DNA from: a virus
Taxonomy: Duplodnaviria; Caudoviricetes
Virus record (IMG/VR): IMGVR_UViG_3300012987_000005
Location: 1-24,540 of that record
DNA: 24,540 nucleotides
Reading direction: 5' to 3' (one strand)
The notes under the pieces are model-generated. The model did not search any database. It saw nothing but the letters and a program-made list of their open reading frames with translations, and was not told where the DNA came from. The stretch's first letter is position 1. Every line of letters starts with the position of its first letter. Below, piece by piece: positions 1 to 7,928 of the stretch. Both the position numbers and the translations under genes were made by a program.

Positions 1-123
1 CCGGAGGCGGCGAGCTCGCGCTCGGGCCGTCGTCGGTGTCGCCTGGCGATGGCAACGGCGGCACCATCACGACGCCGCCCGAGGGCGGCACCGGCACACT
101 GCCCGGTTGCGGCGACGGCAGCG
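1..123. repeat. Terminal direct repeat, left copy (circular assembly overlap)
   Basis: Bases 1-123 (ccggaggcgg...gacggcagcg) are identical to 24418-24540, and a reading frame continues across the join. Confidence 0.97.
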
Positions 124-247
124 GGGGCTTGACGGGCGGCGGAGTCGAGGTGGAAGCGTTCGCGTCTTTCTCACCGGCCACCATCAGCGCGACGACTGCG
201 CCGCCGGCGACGAGAACTCCGAGAGCAATTTTAGCACCGCGTTGCAT
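1..247 (-). CDS. 5' part of junction-spanning Pro-rich membrane protein (about 349 aa in total, ends at 23615)
   Basis: ATG at 247 gives MQRGAKIALGVLVAGGAVVALMVAGEKDANASTSTPPP..., with an N-terminal TM segment. In frame with ORF 23615..24514 through the repeat (position 97 = 24514). Confidence 0.85.
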   Translation of the reverse strand, partial: MQRGAKIALGVLVAGGAVVALMVAGEKDANASTSTPPPVKPPLPSPQPGSVPVPPSGGVVMVPPLPSPGDTDDGPSASSPPP

Positions 248-249
248 GG

Positions 250-633
250 TTACGCTCCAAGTAGGATCGAGGGGTCTTCAATGGTTCCGTTGGGCAGTCT
301 GACGCGCACGTGCACTCCGTTGCCGAGCCACTCAGCGTTACAAGCGGCCTTGATCTGGCCGGCGCAGTACAGTTCCCACAGGCGGTAAATCACGAGATCG
401 TCGCAGTCTCCCCAGCCGCGTTGAAACGTGACGTTCGGGAGTGCCCAATCCTCGTAGCCAGAGCCATGCCCCGGCTCTTGTCGAAACTTGATGCCGCTCT
501 CATACAGCGGCGGGAGTTGCCACGACCGAGCGAGCGGAACGCAGCCCCGGGCGATGCCTTCGATCGTGCACTTCGCAAAGTGCGCGACCAGGCCGCCCGA
601 GAGCCCGCCCCGCAGCTCGGTCGAGATGATCAA
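250..633 (-). CDS. Transglutaminase-like (papain-fold) Cys-His-Asp enzyme, possible maturation protease
   Basis: GWGDCDDL (Cys), GVHVRV (His), IEDPS (Asp); ATGA overlap with the upstream candidate capsid gene. Confidence 0.75.
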   Translation of the reverse strand: MIISTELRGGLSGGLVAHFAKCTIEGIARGCVPLARSWQLPPLYESGIKFRQEPGHGSGYEDWALPNVTFQRGWGDCDDLVIYRLWELYCAGQIKAACNAEWLGNGVHVRVRLPNGTIEDPSILLGA

Positions 634-1301
634 CGACGGACCGCTGCGCCGAAGAACGCGCCGGAAAACACCTTGTCCACGGCCGTCGGATTCGACACCA
701 CGAACTGCACGCCCGTCGAAGTTTCGATCGTCGGGAACACGATCTGCGGCGCGGTCGAAACCTCGCTAAAAAACTCGATGGGCACACCTTCGCTGGCGTT
801 GAAGATGTTCGTGCCCGCGATGCTGATCTCGTGCAAAAGGAGGCCCTGCACGGTCGACGGTGCGCGGAAGCTCTGCGGTGCCATGGGGCGCTGCGGCTTC
901 TTGTCGATGGTTTGGCGCGCACCGCCCGCGGTGATCGTGGTGCGCCCGATGCCGAACCACGTCACGTCGCCGGCGACGTAGTCCATGGGCGCGTAGTTGA
1001 TCGGCCGCTGGACGCCCTGCGCGGACTCCACCTGCGCGATCGGCGCGCCCGTGTAGTACGGCAGCACGCGCGGATCGCCCGTGTAGTACGGCATCACGCG
1101 CGGATCTCCAACGCTGCCAGCACCGGCGAGCAAGGCGTCGACTTGCTGCGAGAGCCCAGGGTCGCCGACGTGGAACGGCGCGGGCATCTGGATCAGATTG
1201 TCGAGCTGTTGAGCGAGAGTCGCTGGCTCAGCTGCAGCAGCAGGCATCGCAGCGACCAGAGACAGAGCGGGAAGGATCGAGAGCACTTTTGCAGTTTGCA
1301 T
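630..1301 (-). CDS. Candidate major capsid protein (hydrophobic leader, repeat linker, C-terminal beta-sandwich of about 110 aa)
   Basis: Good RBS (GAGGT), second gene of the structural operon, alternating beta-strand pattern in the C-terminal half. The CDS is solid; the capsid role is inferred. Confidence 0.55.
   Translation of the reverse strand: MQTAKVLSILPALSLVAAMPAAAAEPATLAQQLDNLIQMPAPFHVGDPGLSQQVDALLAGAGSVGDPRVMPYYTGDPRVLPYYTGAPIAQVESAQGVQRPINYAPMDYVAGDVTWFGIGRTTITAGGARQTIDKKPQRPMAPQSFRAPSTVQGLLLHEISIAGTNIFNASEGVPIEFFSEVSTAPQIVFPTIETSTGVQFVVSNPTAVDKVFSGAFFGAAVRR
1047..1106. repeat. 30-bp tandem repeat x2 (GDPRV[ML]PYYT)
   Basis: gcccgtgtagtacggca[g/t]cacgcgcggatc at 1047-1076 and 1077-1106, one mismatch. 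Confidence 0.95.
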
Positions 1302-1406
1302 TCTTGGACCTCAATGGTTGGTGGACGAGCGATCGCGCACGCTTACACGCGCGCAAGCCGCGTCGCTGTCAGGCGCGCGGCGGGTGTCGGCGACGAAAGC
1401 GAGGGC

Positions 1407-1754
1407 TTATTCAGCCTTCGTTTTGTCGTTCACGAAGCGGTAGGCCGCGTTTGAAATCAGCGAGATGCCGGTCATCGCAACAGCGACGCGACCGGGGAGT
1501 TTCTCGATGACCAAAGCTGGCGCAGTGAGTACCACGCCGACTAATCCAACGGTCGGAATGCCGAGCACCTTGTGAGGCTCGCCGTCCTTTCCGTATTTCT
1601 TGTCGAAGTAACCCGCACCCGCGCCCGTTGCGAGTGAGGTCGCTCCGCCAAGCATGAGCGTGTCTGCAGTGCGGCCTTCGGCCACACGCCGTCGCCCAGC
1701 TTCGGTCATCGACTTGATGCGCTGCGTCGCCTGCGCGAGTAGAGATTTCGACAT
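1407..1754 (-). CDS. Small membrane protein (2-3 hydrophobic segments), first gene of the structural operon
   Basis: ATG 1754 (MSKSLLAQ); hydrophobic VLGIPTVGLVGVVLTAPALVI and VAVAMTGISLISNAAY. Confidence 0.75.
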   Translation of the reverse strand: MSKSLLAQATQRIKSMTEAGRRRVAEGRTADTLMLGGATSLATGAGAGYFDKKYGKDGEPHKVLGIPTVGLVGVVLTAPALVIEKLPGRVAVAMTGISLISNAAYRFVNDKTKAE

Positions 1755-1818
1755 CCTGTCAAGAGAATTCAAAGAAAGCGGTTTCGCCACATAAAAAAGG
1801 GCGGCATACTTACAGATC
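1755..1818. promoter_or_regulatory. AT-rich divergent control region
   Basis: Only divergent gene junction in the genome and clearly AT-richer than background; -10-like CATACT at 1805-1810 on +. Confidence 0.55.
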
Positions 1819-2373
1819 ATGATGAACGACGGGGAATTGCGCCGGAGCCTTCAAAACGTGGGGCCACTGCTGCCCGCACTGCACTGGCAGGGTGAGCTAC
1901 TAGATGGCAAACGCCGCACCCTCATCTGCGACGAGCTCGGGCTGTACCTGCCCGTTCGGTACGTCGAGTCTCTCCAGGGCGCGTGCAGCTTCTTGTGGCC
2001 GGTGCATCCACAGCGCGCGCTCGAACTCGCCGGGCAGCGCTCGGTCGCCGAGCTCGCCGAACTGTGCAGCGTCGGAGTTGGCGCGATCGCAGTCGAGCTC
2101 GCACGCACGCGTGTGAAGCCCAAGCCCGAACGCCGCGCTACACGACACAAGCGCGACGAGAAAAAAGTGCTCGTGCAGGTGTGGGTAGATCCGCAGTGGA
2201 AGCACTACGTTCAGCGCGCGGGCGAAGCGGCGCGGTTGCCGGACCTGTCGTCTGCGATCCGCCGCGCAGGATGGGACCTTGTCCAGCGCGTGCTGCCGAA
2301 CCCACCGCAAGAGGGCGGACGACGCGGCCCGGCGCTCGAGCTCGTTAGACCCGAGCCACGTCGCGAGCGTTAG
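1819..2373 (+). CDS. Putative transcription regulator with C-terminal ribbon-helix-helix-like domain
   Basis: Only credible plus-strand gene, filling a gap in minus-strand coding; KKVLVQVWVDPQWKHYVQRAGEAARLPDLSSAIRRAGWDLV fits a beta-alpha-alpha pattern. Confidence 0.6.
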   Translation: MMNDGELRRSLQNVGPLLPALHWQGELLDGKRRTLICDELGLYLPVRYVESLQGACSFLWPVHPQRALELAGQRSVAELAELCSVGVGAIAVELARTRVKPKPERRATRHKRDEKKVLVQVWVDPQWKHYVQRAGEAARLPDLSSAIRRAGWDLVQRVLPNPPQEGGRRGPALELVRPEPRRER

Positions 2374-2654
2374 GCGACGACGCGCGCTCGAGCGTGGTCG
2401 TTCGCGCAGAGCACTCCGAACGGTGTCACGCGAAGCACCAACGGGTCCGTTTCACCGCAGCGTTCGCACGCCGCTTCAGCCGGCAACACGGAGCCCCGGC
2501 GATGACGCTGGTAGCAAGCGAAGCACATACCCAAGCGCGGCGAGTCCGTGACTCGCGGGCAGCACGTGCACACGACGGGCTGTTTTGCGTAGGTCTTTCG
2601 CATGCCCGTGAAGATGCGCACGACCACCGGCGCGCGCCAAGAAAAGTGTTTCAC
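2370..2654 (-). CDS. Cys-rich zinc-finger-like protein
   Basis: CTCC, CFAC, CERC, LCANDH motifs; converges on the plus-strand gene. Confidence 0.6.
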   Translation of the reverse strand: MKHFSWRAPVVVRIFTGMRKTYAKQPVVCTCCPRVTDSPRLGMCFACYQRHRRGSVLPAEAACERCGETDPLVLRVTPFGVLCANDHARARVVA

Positions 2655-2684
2655 CTGTTACGTTGCACGTGAAAACAAGCCCCT

Positions 2685-2873
2685 TCACGGCCGCATCAAT
2701 CCCCAGCGTTTAATCAACCGATGCATCGTGCGTCGGTCGACTTCCAGCACCCGCGCCGCTTCGCTCAGGTTCCAGCCGAGCTCGCTCAGGATTGTTTTTA
2801 CGTGGAGCGCCTTGGCCTGCTCGAGCGTGATTGGCGGTCCGTGCTCGAGCCCGACACCGCACCAGCGAGTCAC
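2685..2873 (-). CDS. Fis-type helix-turn-helix protein
   Basis: TLEQAKALHVKTILSELGWNLSEAARVLEVDRRTMHRLIKRWGL matches the HTH_8 domain of Fis and sigma54 activators. Confidence 0.88.
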   Translation of the reverse strand: MTRWCGVGLEHGPPITLEQAKALHVKTILSELGWNLSEAARVLEVDRRTMHRLIKRWGLMRP

Positions 2874-3070
2874 GATGCACCGCCAATCTTCAGCACTGCG
2901 GGGAACGCTTTCGGGTCTGCTTGGTTCGCGAGCTCGAGGAACTTCTGCCCGTCGTGGCGAGTCGCGTTGTACGTCGCGCAGCGCGGCACTTCGTGCTGCA
3001 TGCCGTTAGTCGCGGTATCGAGCCGACACGACCGACCGCACCCCGGGCACTTGAACTCAACGATCGACAC
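2870..3070 (-). CDS. Small Zn-ribbon protein
   Basis: FKCPGCG...QHEVPRC; overlaps both neighbours. Confidence 0.6.
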   Translation of the reverse strand: MSIVEFKCPGCGRSCRLDTATNGMQHEVPRCATYNATRHDGQKFLELANQADPKAFPAVLKIGGAS

Positions 3071-3749
3071 GAGGCCTCGCAGCGCAAAACTCCCCGCTCA
3101 GCTCGGCCACCTTCGAGAGCAATTTTTCGTTGGGATAGATCGGAGTCAATTTCAAATGGCCAACTTCCAGGGGAAGAAGTTCTACGCCACCGAGCCGCCG
3201 CGAGAGGCAGTAGTCCTCGGACACGTACGCGCCGTCGATTGCGGTCGAGCGAGTGAACTCCCAGCACGTCTCACCTCGCATGCTGAATTCATGGCTGTCA
3301 GCCGCGAGCTCGAGCAGCGCGGCCGCGCTGAACGCAACGAAACCGAGCCCCACGTGCCACGACCCTGGACGCATTGGGATGACTGGTTCACCCGTCGCGA
3401 TCGCGCACTCAGGCAGCATCCGCGACGCCGCCAATTGTCCACCTTGCTGCACGTACGTAGCCGACGCCGGCGCGCCCGTCTCGCGTGTGCGATCCACCAC
3501 GCGCTGCGCGTCGTTGAGCGAAAACACGATATCATCGTCCACCATCAGAATCGTGTCGATGCCCTTGCCTTCGTCCAGCTCGAGCGCGCGCTTTGCCATC
3601 GACAGAGCGTGGTTCCGCGCGAGCGCGACGTCGCTCGAGCCCGACTGCTCAATCAGCCGCGCGCCGGCGTTGCGGCATGCGCGCACCGCCTTGAGCGTTT
3701 GCGGGTGAAGCCCGCGGTTCGTGGAAATGACCATCAGCGTCTTTTTCAT
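3057..3749 (-). CDS. GT-A fold (family 2-like) glycosyltransferase
   Basis: DVALARN, ILMVDDDIVF (DxD), VGLGFVAF, YVSEDYCLSRR. Confidence 0.8.
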   Translation of the reverse strand: MKKTLMVISTNRGLHPQTLKAVRACRNAGARLIEQSGSSDVALARNHALSMAKRALELDEGKGIDTILMVDDDIVFSLNDAQRVVDRTRETGAPASATYVQQGGQLAASRMLPECAIATGEPVIPMRPGSWHVGLGFVAFSAAALLELAADSHEFSMRGETCWEFTRSTAIDGAYVSEDYCLSRRLGGVELLPLEVGHLKLTPIYPNEKLLSKVAELSGEFCAARPRVDR

Positions 3750-4282
3750 TTGGTTGCCTCAAAAATGCTTGTCTCGAGCAGCGCGACCGGGGACGTCTTG
3801 TGATGGCCGTCAATGTCGCGCAGGTCTTGTGTGTAGAAGCTCTGCCCGTAGTCGGGCCTGGCTGATGCAGTGAAACCAAGCGCGATCAGCACGGCCCATG
3901 CCATGTCACCTGTCCAGCAAGCTCGGTGCCCCGAGCCGGAGATGATGTATCGAAAGACGTCTGCCCGACCCGCTCCGGCTGCTCGACGACACGCGATCAG
4001 ATAGCGGCAGTACTCGGTCACCTGCCACTCCGACGTGAAGCGCGTCACGTCTGGGAAGGAGAACCGAAGCACACCGCCGGGCTCGAGCACCCGGCGGCAC
4101 TCGGAGAGGAACGCCATGCCCTCAACGAACGGGACGTGTTCGATCACGTGCTCAGCGAAGATGTAGCGCGCTGTGCTTGACTCGAAGGGCAGCGGCCGGG
4201 CGATGTCGATGTCGCGATCGTGGTTCTCCCATGGTGCCGGAAGCTTGTTCGGGCCGCACCCGAAGTGAAGCCAGCGCATCAC
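3746..4282 (-). CDS. Class I SAM-dependent methyltransferase (Methyltransf_11-like)
   Basis: LHFGCG motif I, AEHVIEH, ECRRVLEPGGVLRFSFPD. Confidence 0.88.
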   Translation of the reverse strand: MMRWLHFGCGPNKLPAPWENHDRDIDIARPLPFESSTARYIFAEHVIEHVPFVEGMAFLSECRRVLEPGGVLRFSFPDVTRFTSEWQVTEYCRYLIACRRAAGAGRADVFRYIISGSGHRACWTGDMAWAVLIALGFTASARPDYGQSFYTQDLRDIDGHHKTSPVALLETSIFEATK

Positions 4283-4488
4283 CGGCGCTCCCTTCGCACG
4301 CTGGCAGCATTCACAGCACTCGAGGCAAGCGATCTTGCGGACTGTTCGTAAGCCTCGCGACTCACGTTGCTGAATGTGTGCTCACCGTGGGAGTAGCAGC
4401 GAAACGAAGGTGGGTACACACCGTTTGCCGCAGCGACTAGGAACACTTGGTCACTCCCGCAGATCGGACACTTCACTTTCGGCCCCAT
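4279..4488 (-). CDS. Small Zn-ribbon protein
   Basis: MGPKVKCPICGS...FRCYSHG; TGATG coupling. Confidence 0.6.
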   Translation of the reverse strand: MGPKVKCPICGSDQVFLVAAANGVYPPSFRCYSHGEHTFSNVSREAYEQSARSLASSAVNAASVRRERR

Positions 4489-4718
4489 CACTCGCTCCCC
4501 ATTTGCCGCAAAGCATCTTGTGCCGCTGCGTCGATGTCCAAGCCTGCGGCGTATCCGGTCACGGTCCGTCCGTCTTCGAACTCTACGGATACCGCGACGC
4601 GGTTGCTCGTTGCGGCGTAGCACCGAAAGGTGCGACCAAAACCAAACGCTAGCTTGCGCCAGGCGCGCAGCGCGCGCAGCTCCCGCAAGAGGCGTCGATT
4701 CTTCTCTCGCATCTTCAC
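4488..4718 (-). CDS. Hypothetical protein
   Basis: 76 aa, coupled to both neighbours. Confidence 0.55.
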   Translation of the reverse strand: MKMREKNRRLLRELRALRAWRKLAFGFGRTFRCYAATSNRVAVSVEFEDGRTVTGYAAGLDIDAAAQDALRQMGSE

Positions 4719-4909
4719 GTCGCACCCGAGGAACGAAACAGGTCGAGTGTCTTGGCGAAGACGCGTTCCGTCTCGTCGCGGCCCATTGCCCCTTCCACCA
4801 ATGCGACAAATCTGGCCGCGATCATGACCAACGTTGCCATACTCGGCGTCTGTTCGAGCACCTGGTCTGATAGACGCTTGGCCTCCTCGACGTGTTCCAA
4901 GGGGCTCAT
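4715..4909 (-). CDS. Hypothetical helical protein
   Basis: ATG 4909 (MSPLEHVEEAKRL), ATGA overlap. Confidence 0.55.
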   Translation of the reverse strand: MSPLEHVEEAKRLSDQVLEQTPSMATLVMIAARFVALVEGAMGRDETERVFAKTLDLFRSSGAT

Positions 4910-5157
4910 CGTGCGCCTGCCGCGCGCCGGCGCGCGAGCCAATCGATACCGATACTCACGACCTTTGTTGCGAGCCGCTTTTGCACGTCCGGCGTCTTGA
5001 GCAGCTCGGCCTTTTCGGCCAGCTCTCCGATCAGCGTGTAGACGGAGTCCGGACTCAGCAGCACTGCTCGAGCCCCCAACCCGTCGGCAGCTGGAATGTG
5101 GAGCCACATCCCTGCCGCGTCGACGGTCACCCATGGGCGTGACTGTTTTTGCGTCAT
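4906..5157 (-). CDS. Hypothetical protein
   Basis: 83 aa, ATGA overlaps at both ends. Confidence 0.6.
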   Translation of the reverse strand: MTQKQSRPWVTVDAAGMWLHIPAADGLGARAVLLSPDSVYTLIGELAEKAELLKTPDVQKRLATKVVSIGIDWLARRRAAGAR

Positions 5158-5357
5158 CCTGTTTCTCCCTGGACTAGTTCAACCTTTTTTCCTTCGCGTC
5201 GCATCAGCGCGTGCACCCAACACAGGTGCACGTCCCCGCACCAGCGGCCTTCACTCGGACAGCGAAAACCACGCACGCCAGCTTTATTGCTCACGAACCT
5301 CGACACCGCAGCGCAGCGCGCAACCTTCGGTTGCTGCTTTGCAATCGTGCCGGTCAC
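5154..5357 (-). CDS. Small Cys/His protein
   Basis: GTG 5357; RC...RC...HLCWVH. Confidence 0.5.
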   Translation of the reverse strand: MTGTIAKQQPKVARCAAVSRFVSNKAGVRGFRCPSEGRWCGDVHLCWVHALMRREGKKVELVQGETG

Positions 5358-5566
5358 TTGAGCGCTCCGCGCTGCACGCCAGCCGCGTGACGATGCCGCC
5401 ACCCCTCGCAGTGCGGCTCGGGATGCACGACCTCGAGCACGAGCTCGTCGACTATGAGCGTTGCCGAGCAGCTCGAGCAGAGCACGTCGGTGTCACACAT
5501 CGGTGCGGGGTCCGTCTTCCGTTCGTCGCGTTCTTCGGGTTGGTTCATGGGAGGCGCACCTTTCAA
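5354..5566 (-). CDS. Small Zn-binding protein
   Basis: CSSC...HPEPHC; start overlaps the ssb stop. Confidence 0.5.
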   Translation of the reverse strand: MKGAPPMNQPEERDERKTDPAPMCDTDVLCSSCSATLIVDELVLEVVHPEPHCEGWRHRHAAGVQRGALK

Positions 5567-5976
5567 AACGGGATATCGTCGTCACCACCACCGCGGCCGT
5601 AGTCGGGCTCGTCAGCCGGCGGGGGACGGTTGTTCGAGTTGGGCGCGCGCTCGCAGAGCGTCACTTCGAACGCGCGCACCTCAGAGGCGTAGCCCTTCGT
5701 GCCGTCGTCTTTTTCCCATTGTCGGTGACGCAGCTCGCCCTCGATGTGCAGCCGCATGCCCTTCTCTAGAAACCTCGCGAGGCCCTCCGCCCGCTTTCCC
5801 CAGATGATCACGGTGTGCCACTGCACGTCCTCTTGCTTGACTCGGTTCTTGTCCAGGAACGTGCGCGACGTCGCAATTCTCAGGCTCATCACCGCCTGGC
5901 CGGCAGCCGTCATTCGCATCTCGGGATCTGCGCCGAGATTGCCCAACAGAAACACTTTGTTCAGTCCGTTTGCCAT
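5563..5976 (-). CDS. ssb: Single-stranded DNA-binding protein
   Basis: LNKVFLLGNLGADPE, WHTVIIWGKRAE, IEGELRHRQWE, acidic tail DDDIPF. Confidence 0.97.
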   Translation of the reverse strand: MANGLNKVFLLGNLGADPEMRMTAAGQAVMSLRIATSRTFLDKNRVKQEDVQWHTVIIWGKRAEGLARFLEKGMRLHIEGELRHRQWEKDDGTKGYASEVRAFEVTLCERAPNSNNRPPPADEPDYGRGGGDDDIPF

Positions 5977-5985
5977 GGTCGCGCT

Positions 5986-7476
5986 CTATGCTCCTTCGAG
6001 GTGTTTTCGGATCACTGCAGACACAATTCGCCGCTCGAGCGACTCCGACCATTCGGAGTCGCGCTTCGCATCGAACTGCGCTCGTAGCTCGTAGTCGGCT
6101 GCCGCGGTCAGCGGCGCCCGTTTGTAGTAGCCCTCGTCATCTAAGACGAAGCCGTTTGGCACGATGATGCCCAACTTCTCTTTGACTTTGCTCTCCTCGA
6201 GCGAGTGCTCGATGTCGACTCGCGCCCAATGTCCGCGCTGGTTTTCGTACAGACAACACGGGCACACGTTCGCCTTCTCAACTGCCCACTTCGCGAAGCC
6301 AGCGCTCGACTGTTTCAGGCGCTTTCCGTCGAGCTGTGCGTAAACCTCCGCGAACACTTCAGGAGCGGCGCGCTTGGCACCGCCCTCTTGGATCTCCCAG
6401 TCCTTCGTTAGGTATTTGATGAGCTCGCGGTCGACGTCGTGATCGGCTTTGCGAACGTCAGGCACGAGCAGCTCGACCGTTTCATCGGGTCCGAGCAGGC
6501 CCATCTTGCGCGCAACCTCGTGATAGGCACGCGTCCAAAGTGGATGCAAAACTTCCTTGTTGTCGATGTAGCGCGAGAACATCCACACGTGCAGATGTGG
6601 GTGACCTAAACCGTCGCCCTTGTTCGGTGTCCACTCGAAGACCAGCAGGTAACTCAACAGATCTGCAATCGGCACGAACTCCGGCGCACTTCCTGGACGT
6701 CCGTTCGGGAAATTGTGGGCCAAGTCGTCGAAGGTGATCGAGCTGAGACCACCGAGCTCGCCCCGCAATCGATCACCGAGCAGGCGCCAAAATCGCGCCC
6801 AGGTCTTGCGGAGTACTTCAATGCGTTCGCTCGCTGAACCACGCGAAGGCAACGTGAACGTGGCGAGGCGTTCTCCCCAACGTTCGCTCTTCTTTTGGTT
6901 GCGACGCGTGTATCCCGCAAGCGTGGCAGCCGTGACCAGCCCGAGCCTCTTTCGATTGAAGTCTTTTCGGAACTTCACCACTTGCTGAGTGCGGCACGTC
7001 GGACAGAACCACTTCGAGCCGCAGCCAACTTCGATCGGCGTCGCGTTCTTGCAGCTTCGACACACGAGAGTGATTTTCGTTCCCTCGGACGAGCCGCATG
7101 CGTCGACACGCTCGAAGAGCTCTCGCTTCGTTTTTGCGCGCGACTCGTGCCAGCGCGTGCATCGCCGGCGCAGCATTAGCTTGCTCGCGCGTTCGGGCTT
7201 CTTGCTCTGCGCAGTCCACTCCGCGCCCAGCTTGTCCGGTACGAACTTCCCCGCGTCGTTCACCAGGCCCAGAGGGGGCAGAACCGTGCCCATGCGCCCC
7301 CAATGAATGCCAGCGGCCGAGCCGTCAGGCTCGGCCGGACCAGACACGGGGCGGCCGCTCAGCTCCGCTCGCTCGACGGTTGACGACCAGACAAACCGAT
7401 CGCGCGCTAGCGCGCGCCCGCGAGACTCCAATTTCCGCGCTGACTGTTCTCTTCCAAGCGCAGTGAGCGCCTTCAT
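5986..7476 (-). CDS. rep: Rolling-circle replication initiator (HUH endonuclease with Zn finger); start uncertain, frame open to 8004
   Basis: CRSC...GCGSKWFCPTC Zn finger, motif I LATFTLP, motif II HPHLHVWM, motif III LIKYLTK; directly upstream of ssb. Confidence 0.88.
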   Translation of the reverse strand: MKALTALGREQSARKLESRGRALARDRFVWSSTVERAELSGRPVSGPAEPDGSAAGIHWGRMGTVLPPLGLVNDAGKFVPDKLGAEWTAQSKKPERASKLMLRRRCTRWHESRAKTKRELFERVDACGSSEGTKITLVCRSCKNATPIEVGCGSKWFCPTCRTQQVVKFRKDFNRKRLGLVTAATLAGYTRRNQKKSERWGERLATFTLPSRGSASERIEVLRKTWARFWRLLGDRLRGELGGLSSITFDDLAHNFPNGRPGSAPEFVPIADLLSYLLVFEWTPNKGDGLGHPHLHVWMFSRYIDNKEVLHPLWTRAYHEVARKMGLLGPDETVELLVPDVRKADHDVDRELIKYLTKDWEIQEGGAKRAAPEVFAEVYAQLDGKRLKQSSAGFAKWAVEKANVCPCCLYENQRGHWARVDIEHSLEESKVKEKLGIIVPNGFVLDDEGYYKRAPLTAAADYELRAQFDAKRDSEWSESLERRIVSAVIRKHLEGA

Positions 7477-7547
7477 GTCGGCCAGCCACTCGGAACGCGG
7501 CGTAAGTATCCGTAATCGCTTCGCCGTTGAGTTATGCCGATCCTCGT

Positions 7548-7602
7548 CCTTAACCCGTTGGGTTAAGGCCTCGGTATCAAGTGAAGGGGGCGCTTCGCGC
7601 CC
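7548..7602 (-). other. Candidate double-strand origin (nick site CTTG^ATA between two hairpins)
   Basis: Minus-strand CTTGATA at 7581-7575; perfect 9-bp inverted repeat 7548-7568 (CCTTAACCC-gtt-GGGTTAAGG); GGGCGC-GAA-GCGCCC at 7602-7588. Confidence 0.75.
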
Positions 7603-7712
7603 GGACGCTTCGCTAATGGCAACGCCGGCAGCCGTTCTGTGGTGGCCCGTCGGCCGAACTTTCGAGCGTGCGACAGATTTCGAACCGGTGGGGGCATACG
7701 AGCCGCGAGAGC

Positions 7713-7928
7713 TCAGGCGAGCCCCCAGGGTAGAACGTCGTTTGCGGGCGCTAACGGGCTGTAGGCGAGCTCCGCGAGCTCGACGCGAATGCAGGAGCGG
7801 CGCAGCTCGGGAGCGCGACGCCTGGGCAAGTGGCGGCAGCGGCCACCCTGTGTGAGGACCAGTCCGGCAAAGAGCAGTCGCCAGCGGGTGTAGGCGTTCC
7901 AGCGCCACCGCACGCGCGGCCGACTCAC
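7713..7928 (-). CDS. Hypothetical basic protein
   Basis: GTGA coupled to the upstream ORF. Confidence 0.4.
   Translation of the reverse strand: MSRPRVRWRWNAYTRWRLLFAGLVLTQGGRCRHLPRRRAPELRRSCIRVELAELAYSPLAPANDVLPWGLA

Noticed and set aside
1-123. Terminal repeat as a biological LTR or att site
   Set aside because: It falls mid-gene and the frame continues across it, as expected for an assembly overlap of a circle.
1770-1790. sigma54 promoter for the structural operon (TGGCGA...)
   Set aside because: The GG-N10-GC spacing is not met.
5986-7476. Rep as an IS91 transposase
   Set aside because: Single catalytic Tyr, adjacent ssb and dso-like site, and no other replication gene; an initiator role fits better.
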